Under the pieces are notes generated by a model, which did not search any database, was not told where the DNA came from, and saw nothing but the letters and a program-made list of their open reading frames with translations. Positions 1-50,629 of a DNA stretch of 64,000 bases are shown here, piece by piece. The position numbers and the translations under genes are program-made. This DNA is from the human T2T-CHM13v2.0 reference genome, Homo sapiens: assembly GCF_009914755.1 (NCBI RefSeq), contig NC_060929.1. One strand, given 5' to 3'. Position 1 is the first letter of the stretch; every line of letters begins with the position of its first letter.

Positions 1-540
1 AAATCTAAACAGAAACCAGACCTTTGGAAAGCCTGGCTTCACCGCTGATTTCCACCAACTCCCCCTCCCTTTTGCCATTTCACCACAACAACCAACATGC
101 ATTCCTTCCTGATAAGAGGCCACCCACCACTGAATGGTTCTGGCCAGTTTACAACGGATGTGCAGGGAGGGTTTTCATATCCTCCCCTTCGCCTTTTGAC
201 ATCAGAGGCCCAGAAGCTCCACCCTCAGATCATGGTAAGGACACCATGTTTTGTACAGGGGTCCCATGAAGGGGCATGAAGCTCAGTTGCGCAGGCACAC
301 GTTTCTCCTTTCATAGATATTAGTGACCCCTCCTACAGCTTATTAAATATATATATTTGGCCACCTGCTCAGCACACATTCTTTTTTCCTCTGCCCTTCC
401 CTCAAAGTGCATGTTTTCAGCTACTGGCTGGAGGCTACACTTTCCAGCCTGTCAGAGTGGCCACCTGCAGCATGCAACTCTTTATGTGAAATAAAGCTGT
501 CCTCTCCAAATTTATGAACCTCATCATTCTTCTCTTGACT
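1..540 (+). mobile_element. ERV1-type LTR remnant (MER39-like)
   Basis: LTR-like layout with AATAAA at about 490 and a pyrimidine-rich U5 end; family named by eye only. Confidence 0.5.
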
Positions 541-541
541 C

Positions 542-1881
<1,340 letters not shown>

Positions 1882-1980
1882 AACACCACCCAACAAAAAT
1901 TCACCACCCATCTACTCATCCAAACCCTCTAATGGTTCCCATTGTGCATAGAATAAAATAAAAAACCCCTGCCTTGACTT

Positions 1981-2914
<934 letters not shown>

Positions 2915-2936
2915 CTTTTTTTTTTCAAATGCGGTA

Positions 2937-4167
<1,231 letters not shown>

Positions 4168-4287
4168 ACTCTAAACTTAGCTCCTGCCTCATTTGCATTT
4201 GCTAGTCTCACTGCATAGAACCTTCCTACTCATTCAATTAAGAAACACTTTTAGAGCAATGCCCTGTGTCAAGCACTGCTCTACATT

Positions 4288-4783
4288 GAGAAAGTGGCTC
4301 AGAGCAGTCTGAGGAATGTGAGATATGCAAAATTGGTTAGGCCCAGACAGGAGCAGGAGACACCTGTCACATCCTCGGCACCCATGCCTGGGGGTAATTG
4401 CTTAGAGGCATTTTGTTTTCTCTTTCGTTTTCTGTAATTTCAGACTAGCTGATAAATTACCCACAATGTTACCACAAGTTACACAATGTGACCCTCACCT
4501 ATTATCTTCACGTTCCTGGGGTTTGTGGTACAAAGATCAATGTATAGACAAATGATAGCTTATTTTAATGAACCATTGTAAATTCTTGGTAAGCAGCTTA
4601 GGAACTGCATCCTAACTTTTTCATCTTTTTTTTAATCTTTAATCCACTTGTAACGGCTGCTAATCGGAGCATATATTCAGGGCAACTTGAATCCATGACT
4701 CCCAGGCTGTAGACCTCAACCCTGGCCCAAATAGACTCTCTACTTATATTAATTTTGCTTCAGTTTCTTCCTTTAGGTCAACA
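4288..4783 (+). mobile_element. ERV1-type solo LTR
   Basis: TG...CA termini with an LTR-like U5 end (tttcttcctttaggtcaaca). Confidence 0.5.
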
Positions 4784-5159
4784 AGATGAACAGTCTTCCC
4801 AGCTGGGCTATACGTACCTCGGGGTACAGGAAGTCCTGTACAACTTACAAATTCCTATATGCTCTCACTTTTGCCAGTCTCTCCACCTGGGCTAGTACCC
4901 AATTCCCCCCTTTTTTTGGTTGGGAGATTTGGAAGTCCTGTACCCTGAGGTGCATATAGCACAGTTGGGAAGACCCTTCAAAGGGATCTGTGGGCCCAGA
5001 TATACTAGGGAAATCCTGAATTTTTGTATACTCTTTTCTAAAATTGATTGGCCTGCAAACTCAGTTTTCCAATTCTCCTTTTACATCTCCCCTTCCACAA
5101 AGAAAAGCATAGCACCCTTTTCCATTGCCTGTCGTGGGTAGCGACTCTCTGGGGCCCGT

Positions 5160-5575
5160 GTCACGCAGGTGGTAAAAAGAATTCATCAATACAGTTGTAG
5201 GTAAAGAAAGGCAGATTTATTAGACAAAGCAGGAAAGTATGTTGCAAGGGTGCAACAAGCAAATCAGCAAGAGAGGAGCTGACTGCCAGGAAACAAACGT
5301 TTGCTCGGGATTTGACAGAATGGTGCTTGGGCTGTGTGTTAAGAGGGCTTTGTGCAGTACTGATAGTGCTGAGGTTGCAGTGAGCTAACTTGCATTTTTC
5401 TATCAGCTGAGGTGTCTGGTAATAGCTGGGTGCAGGAAGATGGTGAGTAATTTGCACAGGAGGACTATGTATCCTGAACCACGAAGAAAGGTAGACTTAT
5501 AGCTTACCTGCCTTTTCTTTTTGCTTTCCTTCATCCTTACCAGCCCAACTCCCCCTCCCTAAATTAGGACTCCAC
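5160..5575 (-). mobile_element. ERV1-type solo LTR
   Basis: Minus strand starts tgtggagtcctaatttaggg; tttatt (AATAAA on minus strand) at about 5216. Confidence 0.5.
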
Positions 5576-5635
5576 ATTGCCTGGGTGTAAACTAACAGGA
5601 ATTGAACAAGGGACACTTCTAGAACATATTTTTCC

Positions 5636-5890
5636 TTTTCTTTTTGAAAACACTTTCTTTATATATATATATAGATATATTTTTTTATTATACTTTAAGT
5701 TCTAGGGTACATGTGCGCAACGTGCAGGTTTGTTACATATGTATACATGTGCCATGTTGGTGTGCTGCACCCATTAACTCGTCATTTACATTAGGTATAT
5801 CTCCTAATGCTATCCCTCCCCCCTCCCCCCACCCCACAACAGGCCCCGGTGGGTGATGTTCCCCTTCCTGTGTCCAAGTGTTCTCATTGA
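5636..5890 (-). mobile_element. 5'-truncated young L1PA 3' end
   Basis: ttattatactttaagttctagggtacatgtgc...ccccttcctgtgtccaagtgttctcattg; 15-bp TSD agaac(a/c)tatttttcc at 5621-5635 and 5891-5905. Confidence 0.9.
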
Positions 5891-6080
5891 AGAACCTATT
5901 TTTCCACAGGGCATATCCTTGAGCGCTAAACAAAGAGGGCTTAGTAAAATGATTGACTGTTTTTATTTCCTCCTTTATCTTGAAGATAGAGATCTATCTG
6001 CCTATCCCTTTGTCTATCCACCAGCTTGTCCATCCCTCCCTCCATCTTTCTCAGAACTTAGAAATAAGGTATCAGAGTGA

Positions 6081-6756
6081 TGTAACCACCCAGTGGATTC
6101 TTCCTGCCTGCTGCACAACAAAATTGACTCATGGGCACCATGGCATTGCAATAAAGAAAGTTTAATTGACACAAGTCTGGCCACACAGTGTAAGAGACGG
6201 AGTTATTACTCAAATCAATCTCCCTGAAGGCTCCTAGGTTAGGGGTTTTTCAAATATAGTTTGCTGGGCAGTGGGGTAGGGTAGGGAACATGCTAACTGG
6301 TTGAGTTGGAGATGAAATCATAAGAAATCGAAGCTGTCCTCTTGTGCTGAGTCAGTTCCTGGGTAGGGGCCACAGGACTGACTGGTGGGTCCAGGTGGGG
6401 CCACCCGGTTGTCAGAAATGCACAAACCTGAAAAGACATCTCAAAAGGCCAATCTTAGGTTCTACAATAGTAATGTTATCTGCAAGAGTTATTGCAGAAG
6501 TTGCAAATCTGACCTCCAGAATAATGGCTGACAATTATTTAGAATTCAAGTCCCTCTCATTCTCATAGTTTAGTTGCCTTGCATTAGTTTTACAAGAACA
6601 CTTTGATTTTGGGGAAGGGCTAATATCATTTCAACTATAAACTAAATTTTCCACAAAGTTAGCTTGGCCCATGCCCAGAAATGAGCAAAGACAGACAGCC
6701 TGTGAAGCAAGATGTCAAATTTCTCTTACTGTCATAATTTTGCAAATGCCATTTCA
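6081..6756 (-). mobile_element. LTR8-family solo LTR
   Basis: Minus strand starts tgaaatggcatttgcaaaattatgacagtaagagaa and ends ...ggttaca. Confidence 0.65.
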
Positions 6757-6766
6757 GGAACATGCA

Positions 6767-7115
6767 CAGTAGTCCCCCCTACTTATGTGCTCAAGATATT
6801 AAGTGGAAAATTACCAATTCATAGGCTTAAATAACCAATTCAGAAATAACCAATTCATAGGTCTTAAAATGCATGCCATTTCTTGGTAGCATGATGAAAT
6901 CTCCACCGTCCCATTCTGTCTTGCCCAGGATATGAATCCCCCCTTGCCCAACAAATTCATGCTGTCTACACTACCCACCCATTAGTCACTTATTAGCCCT
7001 CTGAATTACTGGATTGAAAAAACATAGTATATATATAGGGCTTGGTACTATTCACGGTTTCAGGCATCCACTGAGGGGTGTTGCAATGTATCTCCCACGG
7101 ATAAGGAAGGACTGG
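6767..7115. mobile_element. MER44 (Tigger7-derived) MITE
   Basis: Terminal inverted repeats cagtagtccccc..ttat and ggataagg..ggact. Confidence 0.7.
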
Positions 7116-7378
7116 TATATTAACACTTTTATTTGATTTACAAAATAAAGGATAGTTTATATAGTTCTGGGTAAAATTAATTAATTAATTTAAAAGGAAA
7201 AAAGATAAAGGCAAACTTTAAGCTTGTTAAAAATTAAGTAAAATAATTTGGATTATTTAATTGGACAAAGAGGACTGGCTTTGCCAATGAAACAATATGG
7301 CCGACATGTTCCATAAATTGGACAAGCTAAACTTGCAAATCCACAGTTTTGACGAAAATATAGTGAGAGCACTTATGA

Positions 7379-7627
<249 letters not shown>

Positions 7628-7934
7628 TAGAGACGATGTTTCACCATTTTTTCCAGGCTGGTCTTGGACTCCTGGGCTCAAGAAATCTGCCTGCCTCAGC
7701 CTCCCAAAGTGCTAGGATTACAGACATGAGCCACTGTGCCTAGCTCGATGTCAACTTTTAAAAGTATACACTGGGATATGAATTTTTAAAATACTTTTAT
7801 GAGGCACGGAAGCGAAAACGTTTAGAGTGCTACTTTCTAAGTTCTGGAGTCATAGAGAAGAGTGAACAAGATAATTAAGGTCCCTGCCCTCTTAGAACAT
7901 ATATCCCAGGTTTGCTGTTTATAATTTTAACTCA

Positions 7935-8700
7935 ATATATATACAATGAAATATTATTCAGCCTTATAAAAGAAAACCCTGTTATGGGTGACAACATAGA
8001 TGAACCTGGAGAACATTATGTTGGTGCAATAAGCCGGGCACAGAAAGACAAATACTACATTAGCCCATGTATATGTGTAATCTAAAAAATTCAGATTCAT
8101 AGAAGCAGAGCATAGAATGGTGGTTGTCAGGGCTTCAGAGGTAGGAAAGATGGGAGATGTTGCTCAAAGTTACAAAGTTTCAGTTAGGCGGGATGAATAG
8201 ATTCTAGAGATGTAATGTATATTGTATACTTGCAGTTTTCGTTTTCGTTTCGTTTTGTTTGTTTTTAAATAGAGAGAGAAAAGGTCTCACTCTGTCATCC
8301 AGGCAGAGTACAGTGGCATGATCATGGCTCACCGCAGCCTCAAATTCTTGGGCTCAAGTGATCCTCCCACCTCAGCCTCCTATATACCAGGGACTACAGG
8401 CACATGCCACCATGCCCGGCTATTTTTCCATTTTTTTGTAGAGACGAGGTCTTAGCTGTTTCCCAGGATGAGAATAGATCTTAAATGTTCACAGCACACA
8501 CGCGCGCGCGCGCGCGCGCACACACACACACACACACACATGCAAATGATAACTGTATGAGATGAAGGTTATGTTAATTATTTTGGTTGTGGTAATCATT
8601 TCAGAATGTATACATATATCAAAACATTACGTTGTACATCGTTATGATATACAATCTTTGTCAATTATACCTCAATAAAACTGGAAAAATAAATAAGATT
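7935..8700 (+). mobile_element. Old L1M 3' end interrupted by an Alu fragment (about 8260-8470)
   Basis: acaatgaaatattattcagcctt...gatgaacctggagaacattatg...tgtcaattatacctcaataaa. Confidence 0.8.
8494..8544. repeat. (CA)n(CG)9(CA)n compound microsatellite
   Basis: Read directly: gcacacacgcgcgcgcgcgcgcgcgcacacacac... Confidence 0.95.
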
Positions 8701-8704
8701 TTAA

Positions 8705-9040
8705 CTCAAATGTCACTTGCTTAGAGATGTCTTCTCTCACCCAAGTCACTCTATCACATTGCCTTCCTAGCAATTAAAACTACCTGAGATTATTGCCTTT
8801 TTTGGTCTATTTTCTCTCTCCATTCTAAAATGTGTCTGCCGTGAGAGGGGAGATCGTGTCTGTTTTGTTTTCTTTGTGCCCCCAGAGCCTAGAATACTGT
8901 CTGGCATTTTAAAGTACACAATAAATGTTTGTTGAATAAATGAATGGATTTGTTAGTTTTGTGCCCATTTCACAAAGGGGCAAAGTGAGGCCTTTGAGAG
9001 CCAGAAGCTCTAGGTCAGTGACTGTCCTAGTCTATCCAAG
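8705..9040. mobile_element. L2 3' end and MIR fragment
   Basis: ccccagagcctagaatactgtctggca...ataaatgtttgttgaataaatgaatg; cccattttcacaaaggggcaaagtgagg. Confidence 0.6.
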
Positions 9041-9289
9041 CACAGAGCAGCTCTGGTTAGTGTCTGCTCAATTCCTCTCCCCTCGCCCAAACGTCCCTGA
9101 GTTGCGGCCTCGCTCCTGACCGAAATCCCCGCGGGTTCTCCTCGCAGTGTCTACTGGATCCCGCCAGGAGGCAGCAGAGGCGCCAGCACCCAGTCCGACG
9201 GGACAGCGGACCGGAGGGGGTTTCCGCTTCCGGGAGAGGCTGACCGTTTCCGCTTCCGTCCACTTGGCGAGTGAGACGCTGATGGGAGG

Positions 9290-41983
<32,694 letters not shown>

Positions 41984-42070
41984 TCCTTCATAGGTTTGAA
42001 CACTGTGTGTTTTTACCAAAGTGGCCATTGGCACTGTTTGCTTTTTTACAATCATGTGGACACAAGCATA

Positions 42071-42076
42071 AGTAAA
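42071..42076 (+). terminator. Likely RARS1 polyadenylation signal (variant AGTAAA); ATTAAA also at 42173-42178
   Basis: No AATAAA in the first 200 nt after the stop; AGTAAA is an established variant hexamer and a GT/T-rich stretch follows at about 42100. Confidence 0.55.
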
Positions 42077-43259
42077 GAAAATTTGTCAACCAGGCAAAAT
42101 GTGGTTCTTTAACAGCTAGAATTCTAAAAAGAAAAAAATCACTTCCACAAATATGCTTATATCTTGCTGAGCATTAAACCAAAATGACTTAGTGGAGGCC
42201 ATGAAATAACAGGATTTATGCACCACAGTGAGAGTGTATTGACTTTGCAGGAATGTGGTTTATTAATTTTAATTAGATAAGGAATCCCATTTGTTGACCC
42301 TGAAAGGGCCCCAAGAATTTACGCCTCTTCATTGTCCCATTCATGTCTCATTTCATTGTTCTGTGAGAGATACTTAGCCTGTTTTACAAGTAACAAAACT
42401 TGAGACTGCACAGAGATAAGTAATTTGCCCTGGAATCCTCAGGAACAAAATTAAGATTCACACCCGTGCATGTTTAAAATCCCAAATTCAGGCTATTTCC
42501 ATTTTAAGAGAAGGTGACATTGGCAATATAACAGACTTGGGTTCGGGGGAAGGGGGCAAGGAAATGTAGACTGGCAATTTTCCTGAAGCTCAAGATTAAC
42601 TCTTAACATCTCATTGGCCAGATGCCAATCCCAGTTGCAAAGGAAGGTAGAAACCTAGAGTGAATGTCCAAGCTAAGAAGAGGATTGCTGTGATTTCCCT
42701 AGACCAGTCACAATTCATCCCCTGGGCAGGGCATATTGTCTCATTTCATGAAATTGGAATCTTTGTAGCAGCACAGAATATGGAGATTGGCAGTGGCAGC
42801 GAGAGGTTTTGGGGTACAGCTCCGCACACTGATTATTGAGTCAGCAGTTAATGGAATCTGCCAACACAAAACTGAAATGAGATTCCATGTAAAGCCAACA
42901 CAATAGAAAAATGAATGTTTAATGAGCATGAATTGTATCATACCATGCTGTTTCTAAAAGTCTCCAAGCTTAGAGGAACCTTAGAGAGGATCTTAATGAG
43001 CTATAATAATAGCTTCCATTCACAAACTGGTATGTATAAGTCTAACATGTCCACATTAGATCGCTGCTCCCTCCAACAAACATGGGGAGGCTAAGCAGTT
43101 TCCTCTCACTCTACTAACTGCAAAGACAGTTCACCTAGACTACTGAGCCCTTGGGTCCGAAGACTCAGGAGACTTTAGGAATTAAAAACAAGATTCAGCC
43201 GGGCATGGTGGCTCACGCCTGTAATGCCAGCACTTTGGGAGGCCGGGGTGGGCAGATCA

Positions 43260-43550
<291 letters not shown>

Positions 43551-43743
43551 TTAAATTAACCAAAGGTCATGATAAGTTCGTATACTGGAACATCATCTCG
43601 GATACCCCAGGCCATAACTATATCTTTAAAACACTGTCTTACCATAGTTTATAGATATATAAATACCATTTAATAATACAGATAATATCAGAAACCTTTC
43701 CTTAGGAATAGTATAGTTCTGATTCTCCTGTTTTTGTTTATAG

Positions 43744-44094
<351 letters not shown>

Positions 44095-45992
44095 TGAGCC
44101 ACTGTGCCTGGCCATTCACTGTAACCTTGAACTCATGGGCTCAAGTGATCCTCCTGCCTGAGTCTGTAGTAGCTATGACTACGGTTGTGCTGATTAGCCT
44201 GTTTTTAATGTGCTAGCCTTTGGAAAAGCAAAGCCAGTTTGACTTCAGATAATCCTTAATCTCATGTAAGTCGGTGGGCCTTTGTGACCCTCAAATTTGC
44301 CTTCATTTGACCTCTAAAAAAAGTCAAAATAATTTTTTATTGGTTAATAGACAAAACACAATTTTTGCCAGGCGTGGTGGCTCACGCCTGTAATCCCAGC
44401 ACTTTGGGAGGCTGAGGCAGGCGGATCACGAGGTCAAAAGATGAAGACCATCCTGGCCAACGTGATGAAACCCCATCTCTACTAAAAATACAAAAATCAG
44501 CTGGGCGTGGTGGCACACACCTGTAGTCCCAGCCACTCGGGTGGCTGAGGCAGGAGGATCGCTTGCTTGAACCCAGGAGATGGAGGTTGCAGTGAGCCGA
44601 GACAGCACCACTGCACTCCAGCCTGGGAGACAGAGCAAGACTCCATCTCAAAAAAAAAAAAAAAAAAAAAAGAAAGAAAAGGAGAAAAACACAATTTTCA
44701 GATGTTCACTCATTTATCCTAACAAATGGGATGATCTTTCTGTGACCTCAAGCTTATTTACTGCATTCTAGGAAATTACAATACTATATATCAATAGCTC
44801 TAAACACTATAGATTGCAAGATACTATTGTTTTGCACTACTAAAAAATTTTGACAAACTTTTAAACTGATAGAACTTTCGTAAGTTAGAATTTTCATACT
44901 GAAAAGAGTCTTTTAGACTTTTGTTTGTGTCATGTATCACTTATGTACAAACTTAGCACAGGAAAATACAACTGAACTAAATTGGTTAAAATACTCCTAA
45001 AACTTCAGAGTCCCACTCTTTTGAGACACTTTTTGATGCAGTCATTAACATCTGTCTTTTCTAGACAATATCATCCTCTATGCTACCAAAAACATTGATG
45101 ATGCAGCGCTTTGATGTTCCACTATAGTTCCCAGGATTATTATCTGAGTCCTGATATTCATGTGAAGGCGGCGATGACTATGTCACAACCGTCATCTGAC
45201 TAATAATGACTGTGAGATGCATCGCAATTTCAGAAATGTTCAAATGTACATCCCAAAATTGATTAAACACCATAGTGTGAGGAATGAGGAAAATTAAGTT
45301 GGTCAGAAAACGTTTGACTTGGTATGGACCAGTGTCTCCACGTAAATATAAATTCTCCTCATTCCATTCTTTAATTTGCAGGGACCTGTTTGCTGAGCTA
45401 AGATCCATTACCTAGGTCTCTACTCAGTGCTTTTCCAAACACAGGGCTGCCTGAAGACTTCCGTCATCCAAAGATAATCTGGTTTGCTGGAATTCAGTTA
45501 CTCTCCCCAATCCCACCCCCCCCACTGAGAATTCTAGTGCCAGTCCTACCTTCCACTGGCACTTCACAGGGCCAGTGGAATGACATTTAAAGTGCCAAAA
45601 GGGGGGGAAACTGTCAATCAAGACCTCTATATTCAGCAAAGCTATTCTTCAGAAAGGAAAATGGTATTAAGATGTTTCTCAATAAACAAAAAGTTTGTCA
45701 CTAGAAGACCATCGTTACAAGAAATGCTAAATGTTGAAATGTAAGGACCCTAGACTAACAAAATCACACAACACCAGTAAAGGTAAGTACATAGTACAAA
45801 ATATATTTTAAAAGTGTAAAAGATTATAAAATCAAGTATGTAGAAGTATAAAAATCAATAGTAATGCATTTTTTGTTTTTAACTTTTTTCTTAAAAAGCA
45901 ACTGCGTATTAATAAACTGAAGAGGGAAATAAATACCCCACATGAACATCTCAATAGATCAGAAACAAAGTTGTCCACTCTTGCCACATCTA

Positions 45993-46196
<204 letters not shown>

Positions 46197-46445
46197 TCAA
46201 GTGATCTGCCCACCTCAGCCTCCCAAAGTGCTGAGATTACAGGCGTGAACCACCACACTGCACCCAGCCCACACTTATTCAAATAAATTTTAAAAGCAGA
46301 TTTAAACTAGGGCATAAATGGTACAGAGAAGTTAATATGCATCTACAATTTTATGCTAATTTTCTCATCATTTTTGACTTTGCTTCTTGGCCAATGTCAG
46401 CCCAAAATGGCCAGTATTAACCTTTCTAGAAAATCGGCTAAATAA

Positions 46446-46757
<312 letters not shown>

Positions 46758-47081
46758 TGAACTCCTGGGCTCAAGTGATCACCTGCTTCAGCCTCCCAAA
46801 CTGCTGAGATTACAGGCGTGAGCCACCGCACCTGGCTGGAAGCTAAAAAATTTGATCACATGGAGGTAGAGAGTGGAAAAACAGATAACAGAGACTGGGA
46901 AGGGTGAATGGGGGCAGGAGGGAAGATGAAGAGAAGTGGGTTAAAAGGTACAAACATACAGGCCTGGTGAGGTGGCTCACACCTGTAATCCCAGCACTTT
47001 GGGAGGCTGAGATGGGCAAATCACCTGAGGTCAGGAGTTCGAGACCAGCCTGGACAACATGGCAAAACCCCGTCTCTCCTG

Positions 47082-47082
<1 letters not shown>

Positions 47083-47132
<50 letters not shown>
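47083..47132. repeat. (CA)~25 microsatellite replacing the Alu central A-rich linker
   Basis: Read directly between the left and right Alu arms. Confidence 0.95.
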
Positions 47133-47134
<2 letters not shown>

Positions 47135-47615
47135 CCAGGCATGGTGGCATGTGCCTTTAATCCCAGCTACTCGTGGAGCCTGAGGCACAAGAATCACTTG
47201 AACTTGGGAGGAGGAGGTTGCAGTGAGCTGAAATCACACCACTGCACTCCAGCCTGGGTGACAGAGGGGGACTCCATCTCAAAAAAAAAAGAGAAAGAAA
47301 AAGGTACAAACATACAGTAAGATAGGAGGAACAAATTCAATGCTTGATAGCTGAGCAGGGTGATGATACTTAATAAAAATGTACTGTACTCCCATGATGG
47401 ATACTTTAAATACCGACTTGATCACTGTGCCTTATACATGTCACAAAACTTCTCATGTACCCCATACATTTGTACAAATCAAAAAAATACTTGGTCGCAT
47501 TATAGAAATTTCACTGGTTAATGAGAGTACATGGGGTCATCTAAAGTAAAACAATTTTTTGCTTTGTTTTGTTGCTTGGTTTGCTTTGCATTTTCATACC
47601 AGTTTAATTACATAA

Positions 47616-48014
<399 letters not shown>

Positions 48015-48017
48015 TGA

Positions 48018-48236
<219 letters not shown>

Positions 48237-50629
48237 TAAAATGAAGAATTACAGAGAATTTCTAAGGTGTCTTGTGGAAAGAAGACCTTTGCAAAAGTAG
48301 GCCAGCTAAGCTTTTTGAGCATTTCCTGAATGGCAGCCACTAATTCTACAGTGGGGAATGGAGTAAGAGTCTGAGCCACCAAGAGACGAAGTGTCCCCCA
48401 GCAGAAGTAATGGCCAAACAATAATGACATCCCAAATAAGGGATTTTAGCTACTTTCCAAGTCCCAGAGGCTACAAAAAGGGAGAAGATTCTCTTTTTCT
48501 AATTAATTAACCAGCTATATTAGATATATTATTGGGAGTTGACTAAGATTGTGAGTTTTAGTCGTGTTAGGAAGGAGGTATTATATTTTGTCTTGACGAG
48601 TAAATTTAAATATATGCACGCCAAACAGTAAATTTCACCTGAGGTGTTTGTGTTTGGTGCACTGATCCAGGTGTGCCAGCTGGCATTATGCAGTAGACAC
48701 CTAGGTAAAAACATTTACTGTTCCCCAGTTATGGCACCCACATATCTCAGCTGCCTTTCAGCTAGGCAGGGCATGTGACTGGCTTTGGCCAGTCATCAGC
48801 CAGGAGGCTGAAGTGGGAGAATTGCTTGAGCCTGGGAGATCAAGGCTGCAATCCGTGGTGAGTAGAAATGATTGTGTCAAAGTCCAGACTAAACATACAA
48901 AAAGGTTGTGAGTTCTCTGCACTCTATTCTTCAGCAGTACAGTGGAGGCCCTCTTTTTTCTCATGTTGCAGCCACAAGATGTTGGGGCCTGAGTTCTTCA
49001 GTGGCTGTGTGGTGCAAACCTCCCGCTGACTCTCAGTGGACATAAAACATAAGAAATCTAAACATAGCTGTATTAATACATTGAGATTTTGGAGTTCTAT
49101 GTTACTGCATCATAGCCCAACTCCTCTTGAGCAAATATAGCTGCACCTGTCACTGGGGTGGAGATCAGATCCCTACAGTCAGTCACCTTTGGAGGTGGAC
49201 CATGGCTTAGAGAAAACAAGTTTCTTCATGCATGGATGCTTAAAGTATAATGAGAATGGAGATGGGGTTATAGAGTATTACCTCTGGTTTCATGTCAATC
49301 ATGGCTAGTTACTCCTTGGGCAATTTGTTGGAATGGTTCTGTGAGAAAATAAGCAAAATTCCTCATGCATTTTTTAAGTCTATGGGAATGATTGATGTGC
49401 ACTATGTCTACTACTGAGGCCTAGTCACAGATGTAATTATGATCATTACTTTAGGGCACATCTTCTGGAATAACAAGTCAATTGTAAACAAAAGTATACA
49501 TGGTGCCAAGTGTGGAGGCTTGTGCCTAGAATTCCAGCAACTCAGGAGGCTGAGGCAGGAGGATGGCTTGAGGCCAGGAGTTGGAGACCAGCTTGGGCAA
49601 CATAATGAGGTCTCATCTCTACAAAAAGTAAAAAAAAAAAAAAAAAAAATTGCCAGGCATGATGGTTTATACCTATATAGAAAGAAACCTGGCTGGCCAC
49701 TGTGGCTCACACCTGTAATCCCAGCACTTTAGGAGACTGAAACAGGAGAACTGCTTGAGTCCAGGAGTTTGAGACAAGCCTGGGCAACATAGTGAGGCTC
49801 CATCTCTATAAAGAATAAAATTTTAGCCTGGTGTGGTGGCACACACCTGTAGTCCCAACTACTCAGGAGGCTGAGGTGGGAGGATTGCTTGAGCCTGGGA
49901 GATCAAGGCTGCAATAGCCATGATTGTGCCACTGCACTCAGCTTGGGTGACAGAGTGATACCCTATCTTAGAATAAAAAAAGAAAAAATAAAGCCCTTTT
50001 CTTTATAAATTACCCAGTCTCAGGTATAGAAACAAATTAAGACAGTGGATTAATGCCCCAGCCTCCAACCTGCAGTAGAACAATTCTGAGATGCCTTCCA
50101 CACAGTTTCTCAGAATACTCACAGCAATTGAGCTCCCATTGTCCACTGTGGTCATCTACTCATTAATCTACCCTCTTTTTTTTTTTTTTTTTTTTTTTGA
50201 GACAGGGTCTCCCTCTGTCACCTAAGCTGGAGTGTAGTGGTGTGAGTTCAGCTCACTGCAGCCTTGATCTCCCAGGCTCAAGCGACCCCTCCAGCTCAGC
50301 CTCCTCAGTAGCTGAGGTACTACAGGTACTACAGTGACTACAGGTACTACAGTGACTACAGGTACACACCATGACACCTGGCTAAGTCTTGTTTATTTTT
50401 GTAGAGACAGGGTCTTGCTATCATGCTAGGACTGGTCTTGAACTCGTGGGCTCAATCAATCCTCCCACCTTGGCCTCCCAAAGTGCTGGGATTACAGGTG
50501 TGAGGCACTGTGCCCAGTTCTTTCTTAACCTTTCTATCTTCTCTATCTCATTTTTGCCTCCCCAACATGTGCTTCCTGGGATCACCTCACAAACCAATTG
50601 GACTCAAGGCTTTGTCTCAGGATCTCTAT

